From positions 1-48,623 of the forward strand of contig DASZEE010000005.1 of NCBI GenBank assembly GCA_035941215.1: 48,623 bases of DNA, given 5' to 3'. Both the position numbers and the translations under genes were made by a program. The notes under the pieces were generated by a model that saw only the letters and a program-made list of their open reading frames with translations, was not told the origin of the DNA and did not search any database. Positions within the stretch are counted from its first letter, which is position 1. The number at the start of each line of letters is the position of its first letter. The DNA is from Gaiellaceae bacterium (GTDB lineage Bacteria > Actinomycetota > Thermoleophilia > Gaiellales > Gaiellaceae). This document shows, in pieces, positions 24,124 through 34,080 of this stretch.

Positions 24124-24179
24124 GGAGGGCTTGGCAAAACGTGGTCAATGCCGTCGGGCGACGTTTCACCAAGCCCTCC
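24124..24179 (-). terminator. Long hairpin abutting the rel stop codon
   Basis: GGAGGGCTTGG (24124-24134) pairs with CCAAGCCCTCC (24169-24179). An inner AAACGT/ACGTTT pairing extends the stem. Confidence 0.45.
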
Positions 24180-26443
24180 TAGCTGGGGGTAACGCGATAG
24201 GCGTCGAAGACCGAATCGACGTTGCGGAGCGAGCCCAGCAGGCCGCGAAGGGCCTTCACGTCGCCCACTTCCGCCGTGTACCAGTTCTTCGCGAGCTGAT
24301 CCTCGACAGTGCCGCCGTACGAGACGATGTTCGAGCCGTGCTCGGCGAACGTCCTTGCGACGTCTTCGAGCAGCCGGGGGCGATCCCACGCGTCGACCGC
24401 GATCTGTACGCGGAAGCTCTTCGTCGAGCCGCCGTCCCAGTTCACCGGGGTGAACCGCTCGGGGTTGCGGCGCAGCGCCTTCACGTTGGGACAGTCCTCG
24501 CGGTGGATCGTGATCCCCTTGCCCAGCGAGATGTAGCCGACGATCTCATCGCTCGGCACCGGCGTGCAGCACTTGGCTAGGCGGACGAGGACGTCCTTGA
24601 TCCCCTCGACGTTGATCCCGAGCTGGTCGCTGCCAACCGTCTCGGCCGACCGCGTCGGCTTGAGCGGGACCGCCTCCTCCTCGGCGACCTCGGTCGTCTT
24701 CAGGCGCTGGAGGACCTTGTTGACGATCTGGTTGGGCGGCAGCTTCCCGGAGCCGAGCGCGAGGTAAAAGTCCTCGGCCTTCTTGAAACCCGCCTCCCGG
24801 ATCACCTGAGCGAGCATGGCCGAGCCCGCGATCTTCCGGTAGGGCAGCTTCTGCTGCTTCAGCGCCTGCTCGAGCGCCTCGCGGCCCTTCTGCTCGGTCT
24901 CCTCGCGCGTCTCGCGGGAGAACCACTGGCGGATCTTGTTCCGCGCGCGGGAGGACTTCGCGAGCGTCAGCCAGTCGCGTGACGGGCCTCGCCCGCTCTT
25001 CGTGGTCAGGACCTCCACGAAGTCACCGCTCTGGAGCGAGTAGTGGAGCGGCACGATCCGGCCGTTGACGCGCGCACCGACGGTCTTGTGGCCGACGTCC
25101 GTGTGCACCGCATAGGCGAAGTCGATCGGGGTCGAGCCGGCGGGCAGCATCTTCACCTCGCCCTTGGGCGTGTAGACGTAGACCTCGTCGACGAACAGGT
25201 CGCCGAGCATCGACTTCTTGTATTCGCGCGGGTCGGTCTCGTCGTTCCAGTCGCGGAGCTGGCGCACCCAGGCGAGCCAGCGCTCGTCGGGCTTGCGGCC
25301 TTTGCCGCCGCGCTTGTAGAGCCAGTGCGCCGCGACGCCGAGCTCGGCGGTCTCGTGCATCGCCTTCGTGCGAACCTGGATCTCGAGCGGCTGGCCCTCC
25401 GGCCCGATCACGGTGGTGTGGAGGGCGCGGTAGCCGTTCAGCTTCGGCATCGCGATGTGATCCTTGAAGCGGCCGGGCATCGGCTTCCAGAGCGAGTGGA
25501 TCAGGCCGAGCGCGCCGTAGCAGTCGCGCGTCCCCTCTTCCGCTGAGCGCTCGACGATGACGCGCATCGCGGTGAGGTCGTAGATCTCGTTGAACTCCTT
25601 GCCCTTCTTGGCCATCTTGTCGTAGATGGAGTAGAAGTGCTTGGCACGGCCAGAGATGTCCGCCGGGATGTCGACCTTGTCCAGCTCGCGCTGGAGGACG
25701 TACGCCGCTTCGCGCACATGCTCTTCCCGGTCGGCGCGCCGCTCGTTGACCATCGCCTTGATCTCGGTGTACTTGCGCGGGTGCAGTGCTTCGAACGCGA
25801 GGTCCTCGAGCTCCCATTTCATCTGGTGGATCCCGAGCCGGTGCGCGAGCGGCGCGTAAACCTCGAGCGCCTCGCGTGCCTTCTGGACCTGCTTCTGCTT
25901 GCCGAGGTACTCGATCGTGCGGAGGTTGTGGAGCCGGTCGGCGAGCTTGATGAAGATGACCCGGAGGTCCTCGGCCATCGCCAGGACCATCTTGCGGTAG
26001 TTCTCCGCCTGGGCCTGCTCGCGGCTCTGGAAGCTGACGCGCGTCAGCTTCGTGACGCCGTCGACGAGCTGCGCGATCTCATCGCCGAACTCGGCCTTGA
26101 CGTCCTCGAGGCTGACGTCGGTGTCCTCGACGACGTCGTGGAGCAGCGCCGCGGCGATCGTCTCGTCGTCCAGCTGGAGCTCGGCGCAGATGCGCGCGAC
26201 CGAGTAAGGGTGATGGATGAAGTCCTCGCCGGAGCGCCGCTGCTGCCCCTCGTGGGCGGCCGCCGCGTAGCGGAAGGCGCGCGCGATCAGGTCGCGATCG
26301 AGGTCCGGGTTGTACTCGGCGACCTCGGCGATGAGCTCGTTGATGAGGTCTTGATGCCGTTCCGGAGCCTCGAGAAGCGTCATACCCGAATGGTACTCCG
26401 CGGGTAGGAGCTGACCTCCCGGGCGCGAAAACACCTGGTCCAT
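24179..26443 (-). CDS. rel: Bifunctional (p)ppGpp synthetase/hydrolase (RelA/SpoT homologue)
   Basis: 754 aa. HD hydrolase (HPYSVA, LLHDVVEDT), synthetase (YRALHTTV), then TGS and C-terminal ACT-like regions. An alternative start lies at ATG 26383. Confidence 0.9.
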   Translation of the reverse strand: MDQVFSRPGGQLLPAEYHSGMTLLEAPERHQDLINELIAEVAEYNPDLDRDLIARAFRYAAAAHEGQQRRSGEDFIHHPYSVARICAELQLDDETIAAALLHDVVEDTDVSLEDVKAEFGDEIAQLVDGVTKLTRVSFQSREQAQAENYRKMVLAMAEDLRVIFIKLADRLHNLRTIEYLGKQKQVQKAREALEVYAPLAHRLGIHQMKWELEDLAFEALHPRKYTEIKAMVNERRADREEHVREAAYVLQRELDKVDIPADISGRAKHFYSIYDKMAKKGKEFNEIYDLTAMRVIVERSAEEGTRDCYGALGLIHSLWKPMPGRFKDHIAMPKLNGYRALHTTVIGPEGQPLEIQVRTKAMHETAELGVAAHWLYKRGGKGRKPDERWLAWVRQLRDWNDETDPREYKKSMLGDLFVDEVYVYTPKGEVKMLPAGSTPIDFAYAVHTDVGHKTVGARVNGRIVPLHYSLQSGDFVEVLTTKSGRGPSRDWLTLAKSSRARNKIRQWFSRETREETEQKGREALEQALKQQKLPYRKIAGSAMLAQVIREAGFKKAEDFYLALGSGKLPPNQIVNKVLQRLKTTEVAEEEAVPLKPTRSAETVGSDQLGINVEGIKDVLVRLAKCCTPVPSDEIVGYISLGKGITIHREDCPNVKALRRNPERFTPVNWDGGSTKSFRVQIAVDAWDRPRLLEDVARTFAEHGSNIVSYGGTVEDQLAKNWYTAEVGDVKALRGLLGSLRNVDSVFDAYRVTPS

Positions 26444-26572
26444 GCCTACTCCCCTCCGTCACCGACGCAGAGTCCTCGCGCTCGCACGGCTGCTTGCGAG
26501 CCTCGACTCCCAGGCGCGCCGCGACCGCCCTTTGGGGTCTCGCAGGGCGTTTCGGACGTCACTCGGGCGCGT

Positions 26573-28453
26573 CTAAGCCGCTTCGGCCACCGCCGCCGGC
26601 TCGTCCTCCAGGAACGCCCGGAAGGCGTCCGACTCGAGCAGCTGCCGCTTGGGACCGCCGGCCTCCAGGCCGAGCTCCTCGAAGATCGCCTGCGCGGTCG
26701 CGTCTCTGGCGTCCGAGTCCTTGCGGAACTCGGCGGCCAGCCACTCGCGCAGGCTCTCGTGGCGCTCAGGCGTCTCGAGGATCTGGCGAACGACGAGCTG
26801 CGGCGCGACCGTGCCGTTCCAGCGGTTCTCCTCGAGGCGGAAGAGGACGTCGTGGCGCACCTCGCGCCGGGCCCGGTCGGCGTGGCGTCCGAGGCCGAAC
26901 GCGATCGCCGAGCCGGCCGGCCGGTCGCGGTGGTGCACACGGAAGCGGAGATGCTTTCCGTCGGCCGTCTGCGCGACATCCGAGAGATCGCACGACGGGA
27001 GGAGCAACGTCACTCCAGGGTTGCCGAGGCCGAACGGCGCGAGGTGACCGAGCTCGGTGGAGAGGCCGAGCGTCAGCTCCTCGCCGGAGACGACCGCGTC
27101 CACCTCGATTCTCGGCTGGAGATCCTCCTCGGGCAATTCGGCATCGACGGCCTCGCCGAAGGCTTCGGCGAAGGCTCCGACCCTGGCGGGGTCGATCGAC
27201 AGACCCGCGGCGGCGCGGTGCCCGCCGAACCGCGAGAGATGCTCGGAGCAGGAGCCCAGGGCGGCGTGGAGGTCGAACGAGGGAATCGACCTGCCCGACC
27301 CCTTCCAGTCCCCGTCCGTGCCGGCAATCAGGACGACGGGCCGGTTGAACCGCTCGACGAGCCGCGACGCGACGATCCCGATCACGCCCTCGTGCCACTC
27401 CTCGTGCGCGACGACGTAGCCGCGGCGCCGCCGGCGGGCCTCGGGCCACGCTTCGACCTGGGCGACTGCCTCGCGGAGGATTCTGTCCTCGACCGCCTGC
27501 CGCTCCCGGTTCAGCTCCTCGAGCCGGCCGGCAAGCTCGGCGGCCTCGGTGTCGTCCTCGGTGAGGAGGAGCTGCAGCGCCGTCTCGGGATGAGACAGCC
27601 GCCCGGCCGCGTTGATCCGCGGCGCCAGCCGGAACCCGACAGCGCCGGCGTCTACGGCGGCCGGGTCGACGCCGGCCGAGCGCATGAGCGCCCGCAGTCC
27701 CGGCTTTTGGGTCCTCGCCAGCGCCTTCAGCCCGTCCCGAGCGAGGTACCGGTTCTCGTCCACGAGCGGGACGACGTCCGAGATCGTCGCGATCGCGACC
27801 AGATCCAGGTGGCGGCGCAGAGCCTCGGATCCCGGCCCGAGCAGGGCCTGGCCGAGCTTGTAGACCACACCGGTGCCGCACAGCTCCGGGAAGGGGTAGT
27901 CGGACGGCCGGGTGGCCACGATCGGGCAGTCAGGCAGCTCCTCGCCCGGCCGGTGGTGGTCGGTGACGACGACGTCGAGCCCGAGTGCCTTTGCGCGTGC
28001 GACCTCGGCGGCAGCGGTGATCCCGCAGTCGACGGTGACGACGAGCCGACACCCGTCCTCGGCGAGTCGGTCAAGAGTCTCGCCCGAGACGCCGTAGCCC
28101 TCCTCGAAGCGACTCGGCAGGTGCCAGGAGACGTCGGCACCGAGCTCCCGCAGGACGAGGACGGCGAGCGCTGTGGCGCAGATCCCGTCCGCGTCGTAGT
28201 CGCCGTGGACGCAGATGCGCTGTCTTGACGCAATGGCGGCGCGAATTCGTTCGCAGGCGGCGTCCATGTCGCCGAGCAGGCGCGGGTCGTGGCCCGGATC
28301 GGCTCCGGCCAGGAACGCCCGCGCCGTGGCGGCGTCGCCGTGCCCGCGCCGGAGGAGCACTCGAGCAGTGGTCTCGCTGATCCCCAGCTCTTGAGCCAGC
28401 TGAGCCGACTCCCGGTGCGGGCACGAGGTGATCGTCCAGGTTGCCTCGTGCAT
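26573..28453 (-). CDS. recJ: Single-stranded-DNA-specific exonuclease RecJ
   Basis: Start taken at ATG 28453 (MHEATWTI). DHH motifs VHGDYDADG, VTVDCG, VVTDHH. The track extension to 28948 is antisense to a plus-strand ORF. Confidence 0.9.
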   Translation of the reverse strand: MHEATWTITSCPHRESAQLAQELGISETTARVLLRRGHGDAATARAFLAGADPGHDPRLLGDMDAACERIRAAIASRQRICVHGDYDADGICATALAVLVLRELGADVSWHLPSRFEEGYGVSGETLDRLAEDGCRLVVTVDCGITAAAEVARAKALGLDVVVTDHHRPGEELPDCPIVATRPSDYPFPELCGTGVVYKLGQALLGPGSEALRRHLDLVAIATISDVVPLVDENRYLARDGLKALARTQKPGLRALMRSAGVDPAAVDAGAVGFRLAPRINAAGRLSHPETALQLLLTEDDTEAAELAGRLEELNRERQAVEDRILREAVAQVEAWPEARRRRRGYVVAHEEWHEGVIGIVASRLVERFNRPVVLIAGTDGDWKGSGRSIPSFDLHAALGSCSEHLSRFGGHRAAAGLSIDPARVGAFAEAFGEAVDAELPEEDLQPRIEVDAVVSGEELTLGLSTELGHLAPFGLGNPGVTLLLPSCDLSDVAQTADGKHLRFRVHHRDRPAGSAIAFGLGRHADRARREVRHDVLFRLEENRWNGTVAPQLVVRQILETPERHESLREWLAAEFRKDSDARDATAQAIFEELGLEAGGPKRQLLESDAFRAFLEDEPAAVAEAA

Positions 28454-28513
28454 CGCGGATGTCCACCGTAGGGAGACCGCCGGACGACATCTGGCCGACG
28501 TATCCTCAGTCAG

Positions 28514-28969
28514 GTGAGCGATGCCAACTACGAGTCCGGCGACGATTACGTCGTCCAGTTCCTGGGCTACCGGTTCGCGTTCAACGCTGAGGACTTCGAG
28601 GAGCGGGTGATCGGCGCCGCCGTCAAGCTCCGACTCGTCGAGAGCAACGACCTGGACGAGGACGAGGCCGCGGACCTGGTCGAGCTGACCGCCGACCAGC
28701 GGATCGAGGAGGCGCGGAGCGAGCTCGGCCGCTACCTCGTCCGTCACTGGGAGGCGCTGGCGGCCGTGGACGGGGAGTCGCTCGTCTACTGGCTCCGCAA
28801 GCTCGTCTTCCGCGGTGCCTGGCTCGATCAGCGCGTCAAGCTGGGGCTGCTCGACGTCGACTGGGACGAGGAGGTCGCGGAGTTCGGCTACCGGGATCCC
28901 CGTGGCGACCGCGCGCTCCTCGAGCTCGCACCCGTGCCCAGCTGGCACGAGCTCCAGTTCCGCCGATAG
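28514..28969 (+). CDS. Hypothetical acidic protein
   Basis: 151 aa with a GTG start, divergent from recJ. No motif recognised. Composition is coding-like. Confidence 0.5.
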   Translation: MSDANYESGDDYVVQFLGYRFAFNAEDFEERVIGAAVKLRLVESNDLDEDEAADLVELTADQRIEEARSELGRYLVRHWEALAAVDGESLVYWLRKLVFRGAWLDQRVKLGLLDVDWDEEVAEFGYRDPRGDRALLELAPVPSWHELQFRR

Positions 28970-28992
28970 CAGAACCTCTCTACGACGGAGGG

Positions 28993-30021
28993 CTAAAAGA
29001 GGCTCGCCGTCCGTACTCTTTCGTCAGGCGAAGCGCCAAGGTGCTCGCGGCCAAGCTTCGTCACGATTCGGCCCCGCGGCGTCCGCTGGATGAAGCCGAG
29101 CTGGAGCAGGTACGGCTCGTAGACGTCCTCGACCGTATCCGGCTCCTCGCCCAGGGCGACGGCCAGCGTCGAAAGGCCGACCGGGCCGCCGTCGAAGCGC
29201 TCGACGACGGCACGGAGGAGCGCTCGGTCGGTTCGCTCCAGCCCGCAGCCGTCGACCTCGAGGAGCTCGAGCGCCTCGCGCGCAATCTCCGGAGTGATGA
29301 CACCCTGATGGCGCACTTCCGCGACATCTCGAACCCTTCTGAGGATCCGGTTCGCGACCCGCGGCGTGCCGCGCGAGCGGCGCGAGATCTCCTCGGCAGC
29401 GTCGTCGCCGATCTCCACGCCGAGGATGCCCGCCGAGCGCCGCACGATCAGCGCCAGCTCCTCGGGCTCGTAGTAGTCGAGCCGGAACGTCATCCCGAAG
29501 CGGTCGCGGAGCGGCGTCGTCAGCAAGCCGGTGCGAGTCGTGGCGCCGACGAGCGTGAAGGGCGGCACGTCCAGCGTGAGCGTGCGGGCCGCGGGGCCCT
29601 GGCCCACGATGATGTCCAGGCGGAAGTCCTCGAGCGCTGGATAGAGCACCTCCTCGACCGCCGAGCTCAGCCGGTGGATCTCGTCCACGAACAGGACGTC
29701 GCGGTTCTCGAGCGCGGTCAGGATCGCCGCCAGATCGCCCTTCCGCTCCAGAGCCGGCCCGGCAACCGTGCGGATCCCGACGCCGAGCTCCTCGCGCACG
29801 ATGTACGCGAGGCTCGTCTTGCCGAGGCCCGGCGGGCCGACGAGGAGGACGTGGTCGAGCGCCTCTCCCCTGGTCCGCGCCGCCTCTAGCGCGATCGCCA
29901 GCTGCTCCTTGACACGGGTCTGGCCGACGAAGTCGTCGAGCGAGCGCGGCCGCAGCGAGCGCTCGAGCTCGTCCTCGTCGGGCCTCACCGTGGGCGCCGT
30001 GAACTGTGGAGCCGTGCTCAC
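28993..30021 (-). CDS. ruvB: Holliday junction branch migration helicase RuvB
   Basis: 342 aa. Walker [12 protein letters not shown], Walker [10 protein letters not shown], sensor and RuvB winged-helix C-terminus. Confidence 0.95.
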   Translation of the reverse strand: MSTAPQFTAPTVRPDEDELERSLRPRSLDDFVGQTRVKEQLAIALEAARTRGEALDHVLLVGPPGLGKTSLAYIVREELGVGIRTVAGPALERKGDLAAILTALENRDVLFVDEIHRLSSAVEEVLYPALEDFRLDIIVGQGPAARTLTLDVPPFTLVGATTRTGLLTTPLRDRFGMTFRLDYYEPEELALIVRRSAGILGVEIGDDAAEEISRRSRGTPRVANRILRRVRDVAEVRHQGVITPEIAREALELLEVDGCGLERTDRALLRAVVERFDGGPVGLSTLAVALGEEPDTVEDVYEPYLLQLGFIQRTPRGRIVTKLGREHLGASPDERVRTASLF

Positions 30022-30575
30022 GCGGCCCTCAGGGCCTGACGCACGCGCTCTTCCGGTTCGGCCTGCGGATCGGTCGAGGCCAGGGCCCGTTCCGCCTCGA
30101 GGACCGAGTAGCCGAGCTCGACGAGCGCATCGCGCGCGACGAGCTCGTGCTCGGGGGCACCGGGCAGCGAGTTGACCGGGCCGATCTTCTCCTTCAGCTC
30201 GAGGACGACGCGCTCGGCCGTCTTCTTGCCGATCCCTGGGATGGCGACGAAGCGCGTCGTGTCCTCGAGCACGATGGCGCGGCGGAGATCCACCGGCGTC
30301 GAGCCTGAGAGGATCGCGAGCGCCACCTTGGGCCCTACGCCGGAGACCGAAAGGAAGTGCTCGAAAAGCTCGCGCTCCGACGGGTCGGCGAACCCGTACA
30401 GCTGGAGCACGTCCTCGCGCACGTGCAGGTAGGTGTCGAGCGTGACCTCGCCCTTCGCCTGCGCCTTACGAAGCGCGCGCAGCGTCGTCTGGACGCGGTA
30501 GCCGACGCCGTTCACGTCGAGGACGACGCCGTCGAGCATCCGCGCGACGACCTTTCCCCGGAGGCTGCTGATCAT
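30018..30575 (-). CDS. ruvA: Holliday junction DNA-binding protein RuvA
   Basis: 185 aa. MISSLRGKV.., HhH motifs [13 protein letters not shown] and [12 protein letters not shown]. 4-nt overlaps on both sides. Confidence 0.95.
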   Translation of the reverse strand: MISSLRGKVVARMLDGVVLDVNGVGYRVQTTLRALRKAQAKGEVTLDTYLHVREDVLQLYGFADPSERELFEHFLSVSGVGPKVALAILSGSTPVDLRRAIVLEDTTRFVAIPGIGKKTAERVVLELKEKIGPVNSLPGAPEHELVARDALVELGYSVLEAERALASTDPQAEPEERVRQALRAA

Positions 30576-31060
30576 CCCGTCGCCCGGAGGAGCTCGGGCG
30601 CCATCGCATGACAGATGGCGACGGCGAGCGCGTCGGCCGCGTGATGCGGGGCCGGAGGAGCGTCGAGCCGCAAGATCGCCTGCACCATCCGCTGAACCTG
30701 GGCCTTCTCCGCGCGGCCGTAGCCGGTGACGGCGAGCTTCACGTGCGACGGGGAGTACTCAGCGCACCCGACGCCGGCGAGCGCGGCCGCGACGACTGCG
30801 GCGCCGCGCGCTTGCCCGACAGAGAGCGCGGTGCGGGCGTCGACGCCGACAAACGACTCTTCGATTGCGACCGCCCTCGGCCTGTACCGGTCGATGAGCT
30901 CCACGACGCCGTCGTGGATCTTCAGCAGGCGCTCTTCCGGCCGCTGGGACGCGGTGGTTTTCCAGCACCCGAAGTCCACCGCCCGTAGACGGCCGCCCTT
31001 TTCGATGACTACGCCGAATCCGCAAGACGCCGTGCCTGGATCGATGCCGAGAACCGTCAC
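30572..31060 (-). CDS. ruvC: Crossover junction endodeoxyribonuclease RuvC
   Basis: 162 aa. VLGIDPGTASCGFGVV, AIEESF, HHAADALAVA. Confidence 0.95.
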   Translation of the reverse strand: MTVLGIDPGTASCGFGVVIEKGGRLRAVDFGCWKTTASQRPEERLLKIHDGVVELIDRYRPRAVAIEESFVGVDARTALSVGQARGAAVVAAALAGVGCAEYSPSHVKLAVTGYGRAEKAQVQRMVQAILRLDAPPAPHHAADALAVAICHAMAPELLRATG

Positions 31061-31136
31061 GAATCGAGGTTAGGCACCGGATCGGACGTTCCTGCCCAGG
31101 TGAATCCACCGGGGCGGTGCGTCCGTAGTTCGAGGC

Positions 31137-31871
31137 GTGAAGGCCCTACTGCTCGGGGCTGCGGCGCTACTCATTCTGCTGCCCGGCGCCGCACGGGGGG
31201 TCGGTGAGCCGCGCCTGATCGGGACGGTTCGGGACGACCTCACGATCACGCTGAAGGACGTGAACGGCAACCCGGTCACCTCCGTCGGGCCCGGCACATA
31301 CGACTTCGAGATCCACGACGAGACCTTTAGCCACAACTTCCACCTGACCGGTCCGGGCGTGGATCGAAGGACAGAGGTCGCCGACGTCGCGACGACGACA
31401 TGGGAAGACGTCGTCGTGCAGCCGGCGTCGACGTATCAGTTCGTGTGCGACCCGCACGCCGATTTCATGAAAGGCAGCTTCACGACGCCTGGGGCGTCTC
31501 CCCCGCCGCCGCCGCCGCCGCCACCACCTCCTCCGCCTCCGCCGCCAGGGCCGCCGCCTCCTCCTCCTCCTCCGCCGCCGCCGGCCGGTCCGCACGCCCA
31601 CCAGTCCGTGTCAGGAGTCCGCATGCGGATCGCCCGGGCAGGCGGACGCCGCTGGCTCGTCGCCCGCGCGCGGGTCACGAGGGCTGCGTCGGCGCGCCTC
31701 CAGCTCCTGCGGCGGAACCGGACCGTGGCGAGTGCGAGGCGGCGCTTCCGCGCGGGACGGAACGAGCTCCGGCTCCGCCTCCCGCGCTCGCTGCCCCGCG
31801 GCACCTACGTCGCCCGCCTGACGATCGGCGGCGCGGCCCGCCCTTACACGGCCCGAATACCGATTGGCTAG
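31137..31871 (+). CDS. Secreted cupredoxin-like (type-1 copper) domain protein with a very long polyproline linker and a basic C-terminal domain
   Basis: 244 aa. Signal peptide MKALLLGAAALLILLPGAARG. Candidate Cu ligands in HNFHL and FVCDPHADFM (C-x2-H-x3-M). A Pro run follows, then a C-terminal Arg-rich beta-like domain ending PRGTYVARLTIGG. Confidence 0.65.
   Translation: MKALLLGAAALLILLPGAARGVGEPRLIGTVRDDLTITLKDVNGNPVTSVGPGTYDFEIHDETFSHNFHLTGPGVDRRTEVADVATTTWEDVVVQPASTYQFVCDPHADFMKGSFTTPGASPPPPPPPPPPPPPPPPGPPPPPPPPPPPAGPHAHQSVSGVRMRIARAGGRRWLVARARVTRAASARLQLLRRNRTVASARRRFRAGRNELRLRLPRSLPRGTYVARLTIGGAARPYTARIPIG
31500..31580 (+). repeat. Low-complexity CCN tract encoding polyproline
   Basis: By my codon count there are 15 consecutive Pro codons (31500-31544), one GGG, then 11 more Pro codons (31548-31580), using mixed CCG/CCA/CCT/CCC. 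Confidence 0.9.
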
Positions 31872-31882
31872 CCTCTTCCGCC

Positions 31883-32770
31883 GTGCGGTGGGCTGCGCTC
31901 GCAACCGTCGCGGCCGGGGTCGGAATAGCGCTCTCGGTCGCTCAGCTGGCGCCCGGCCAGAGCATCGACCGTGTCCGCGTCGCGCCGAATCCTCCCGTGG
32001 CGAGCGTCCCACCGGGGCTCTTCATCGTCGTCGGCTCGCCGGACGCCTACTCGCGGGTCTCCGCCTCCGCCGGCCGCGGCAGCTGGGTGGGTCCGGGCTA
32101 CGCGCCTCGCGGTGCGCCGAATCCGTGGGGGAACGTCGCGATCGACTGGGAGGTCGGCTACGACACGCGGCAGCTCGACACCGAGCGCGTCGCGCTCGCG
32201 AACCTGACCCGCGACTGGCAGGAGGACCAGCGCGCGGGCGCATCGATTCCGCACGTCGTCGGCGGCCGGATCGTCGGTGAGGTTCCGGGCTTCTTCGTCC
32301 TTCAGGTCGTGCGCCAGTCCGCGCCGGCCGAGCTCGTGGTCGCCTTCCCGTTGAGCCGGGACGTCCACGCATACGTGCGCTTCCTCCTCCTGCGGCCGGA
32401 GTCGAACGACTTCTACGTCAACGGCTCGATCATCGCGTCGAGCTGGAACCGCGGCCAGGCGTTCGTCGCGATGTCGCGCGTGCGGCTCGAGGGGAACCTT
32501 CCACCGTCGCTCGTCTCGATCCGCGCCCGGCGTGGCGGCCGGGTGGTTTCGGGGTTCGTGCTCGACTTCGTGCGCCACCCCGTCGTCCGGATCCCCGTCG
32601 TCTTGGAGCGGCAGAGCGGCCGCGGATGGCGCCGTGTCGCGACCGTCCGCACGACGCGGATCGGCGGCTACAAATTCAGGGTCGCGCCCGGGACCTACCG
32701 TGCCCGCGCCCAGCTCGGCGCGCGCTTCTCCGCCACGAGCAGCGTCGTCCGGATTCGCGCTCCGCGCTAG
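31883..32770 (+). CDS. Hypothetical secreted or membrane-anchored protein
   Basis: GTG 31883, in frame with track ORF 31400..32770. N-terminal hydrophobic WAALATVAAGVGIALSVAQLAPG. The C-terminus has a PGTYRARAQL motif that echoes the preceding gene. Confidence 0.55.
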   Translation: MRWAALATVAAGVGIALSVAQLAPGQSIDRVRVAPNPPVASVPPGLFIVVGSPDAYSRVSASAGRGSWVGPGYAPRGAPNPWGNVAIDWEVGYDTRQLDTERVALANLTRDWQEDQRAGASIPHVVGGRIVGEVPGFFVLQVVRQSAPAELVVAFPLSRDVHAYVRFLLLRPESNDFYVNGSIIASSWNRGQAFVAMSRVRLEGNLPPSLVSIRARRGGRVVSGFVLDFVRHPVVRIPVVLERQSGRGWRRVATVRTTRIGGYKFRVAPGTYRARAQLGARFSATSSVVRIRAPR

Positions 32771-33519
32771 GCGGAGACGACCTCGAGCATCCGCTCCGGG
32801 ATGTCGAAGTTCGCGTAGACGTCCTGGACGTCGTCGTTGTCCTCGAGCGCGTCCATGAGTCGCACGACCTTCTTCGCGGCGGATTCGTCGTCCACCTCGA
32901 CGGTCGTCTTCGGCACCATCGTGAGGTCGGCCGACTCCACCGTCATTCCCGCCGCCTCGATCGCATCCCGGACGCTTGTGAGCGCTTCGGGTGCAGCGAC
33001 CACTCGCCAGCTGTCACCCTCGCGCTCGATGTCGTCCGCGCCGCCCTCGGCAGCCGCGAGCATGAGCTCGTCCTCGTCGGCACTCCCGTCGACCAGCACC
33101 ACGCCGCGCCGCTCGAACAGCCACGCTACCGATCCGGACTCGCCGAGGCTGCCGTCGCTCTTCGTGAAGATGTGCCGCACCTCGGCCGCAGTGCGGTTGC
33201 GGTTGTCGGTCACCGCCTCGACGTAGACGGCGATCCCAGACGGCCCGTAGCCCTCGTACGTGACCGTTTCGTACGAGGCGCCGTCGCCGGCGGGACCGGC
33301 GCCCCGCGCGATCGCGCGCTCGATGTTGTCCTTGGGCATGGAGGCTTCCCTCGCCTTCTCGATCGCGTTCTGGAGCGCGAGATTCCCGGCGGGATCGGGC
33401 CCTCCCTCCCGAGCCGCGACGATGATCGCCCGCGCCAGCTTCGAGAAGAGCTGGCCCCGCTTCGCGTCGGTGGCCCCCTTTTTCCGTTTGATCGACGCCC
33501 ACTTAGAGTGACCGGACAC
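32767..33519 (-). CDS. yebC: YebC/PmpR-family DNA-binding regulator
   Basis: 250 aa. MSGHSKWASIKRKKGATDAKRG. Confidence 0.95.
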   Translation of the reverse strand: MSGHSKWASIKRKKGATDAKRGQLFSKLARAIIVAAREGGPDPAGNLALQNAIEKAREASMPKDNIERAIARGAGPAGDGASYETVTYEGYGPSGIAVYVEAVTDNRNRTAAEVRHIFTKSDGSLGESGSVAWLFERRGVVLVDGSADEDELMLAAAEGGADDIEREGDSWRVVAAPEALTSVRDAIEAAGMTVESADLTMVPKTTVEVDDESAAKKVVRLMDALEDNDDVQDVYANFDIPERMLEVVSA

Positions 33520-34066
33520 CGGCGGACACCTCCTCCCGAACCATGTCGAGGAAAAGCTCGTGCACGCGCAGATCGTCGGTCAGCTCAGGGTGGAACGAGG
33601 CGACGAGGAAGCGGCCCTCCCGGAGCAGCACCGGCTCGCCTTCGAGCTCGGCCAGGATCTCCACTCCGGGCCCAGTCGAAGCCACCCGCGGAGCCCGGAT
33701 GAACACGCCGCGGACGGGCTCGGTCTCACCCGCCAGCTCCAGGTCGGACTCGAAACTCGCAACCTGGCGCCCGTAGGCGTTCCGCCGCACCGACAGGTCG
33801 ACCAGCCCGAGGTGGTCACGGTCGAGCAGGATCATCCCGGCGCAGGTGCCGAACACCGGCCGCTCGAAGCGCCGAAGCGCCTCCTCGAGCCCGTAGAGCT
33901 TTGCGAGGCGCATGATCGCCGTCGACTCGCCGCCCGGGATCACCAGGCCGTCGAGGTTGTCGAGCTCGTCTGGCTTGCGGACCTCGACCGGGTGCGCGCC
34001 CAGCCGCCGGAGCATGTCCGCGTGCTCCCGGAAGTCGCCCTGGATCGCCAGCACCCCGATGCGCAT
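33503..34066 (-). CDS. pdxT: Pyridoxal 5'-phosphate synthase glutaminase subunit PdxT
   Basis: Start at ATG 34066 (MRIGVLAIQGDFREH). GTCAG nucleophile and FHPE near the C-terminus. 17-nt overlap with the yebC start. Confidence 0.9.
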   Translation of the reverse strand: MRIGVLAIQGDFREHADMLRRLGAHPVEVRKPDELDNLDGLVIPGGESTAIMRLAKLYGLEEALRRFERPVFGTCAGMILLDRDHLGLVDLSVRRNAYGRQVASFESDLELAGETEPVRGVFIRAPRVASTGPGVEILAELEGEPVLLREGRFLVASFHPELTDDLRVHELFLDMVREEVSAGVRSL

Positions 34067-34080
34067 CGGGGAAATCGTAC

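Noticed and set aside
26759-28228. 489-aa plus-strand ORF and other shadows (26766..27881, 26494..27348) inside recJ
   Set aside because: recJ carries all the DHH/DHHA1 motifs on the minus strand. The alternatives are Arg/Gly/Pro-rich.
31500-31580. Possible CRISPR or microsatellite array because of the CCG/CCT periodicity
   Set aside because: The tract is in frame inside a secreted-protein gene and encodes polyproline. There is no repeat-spacer organisation.
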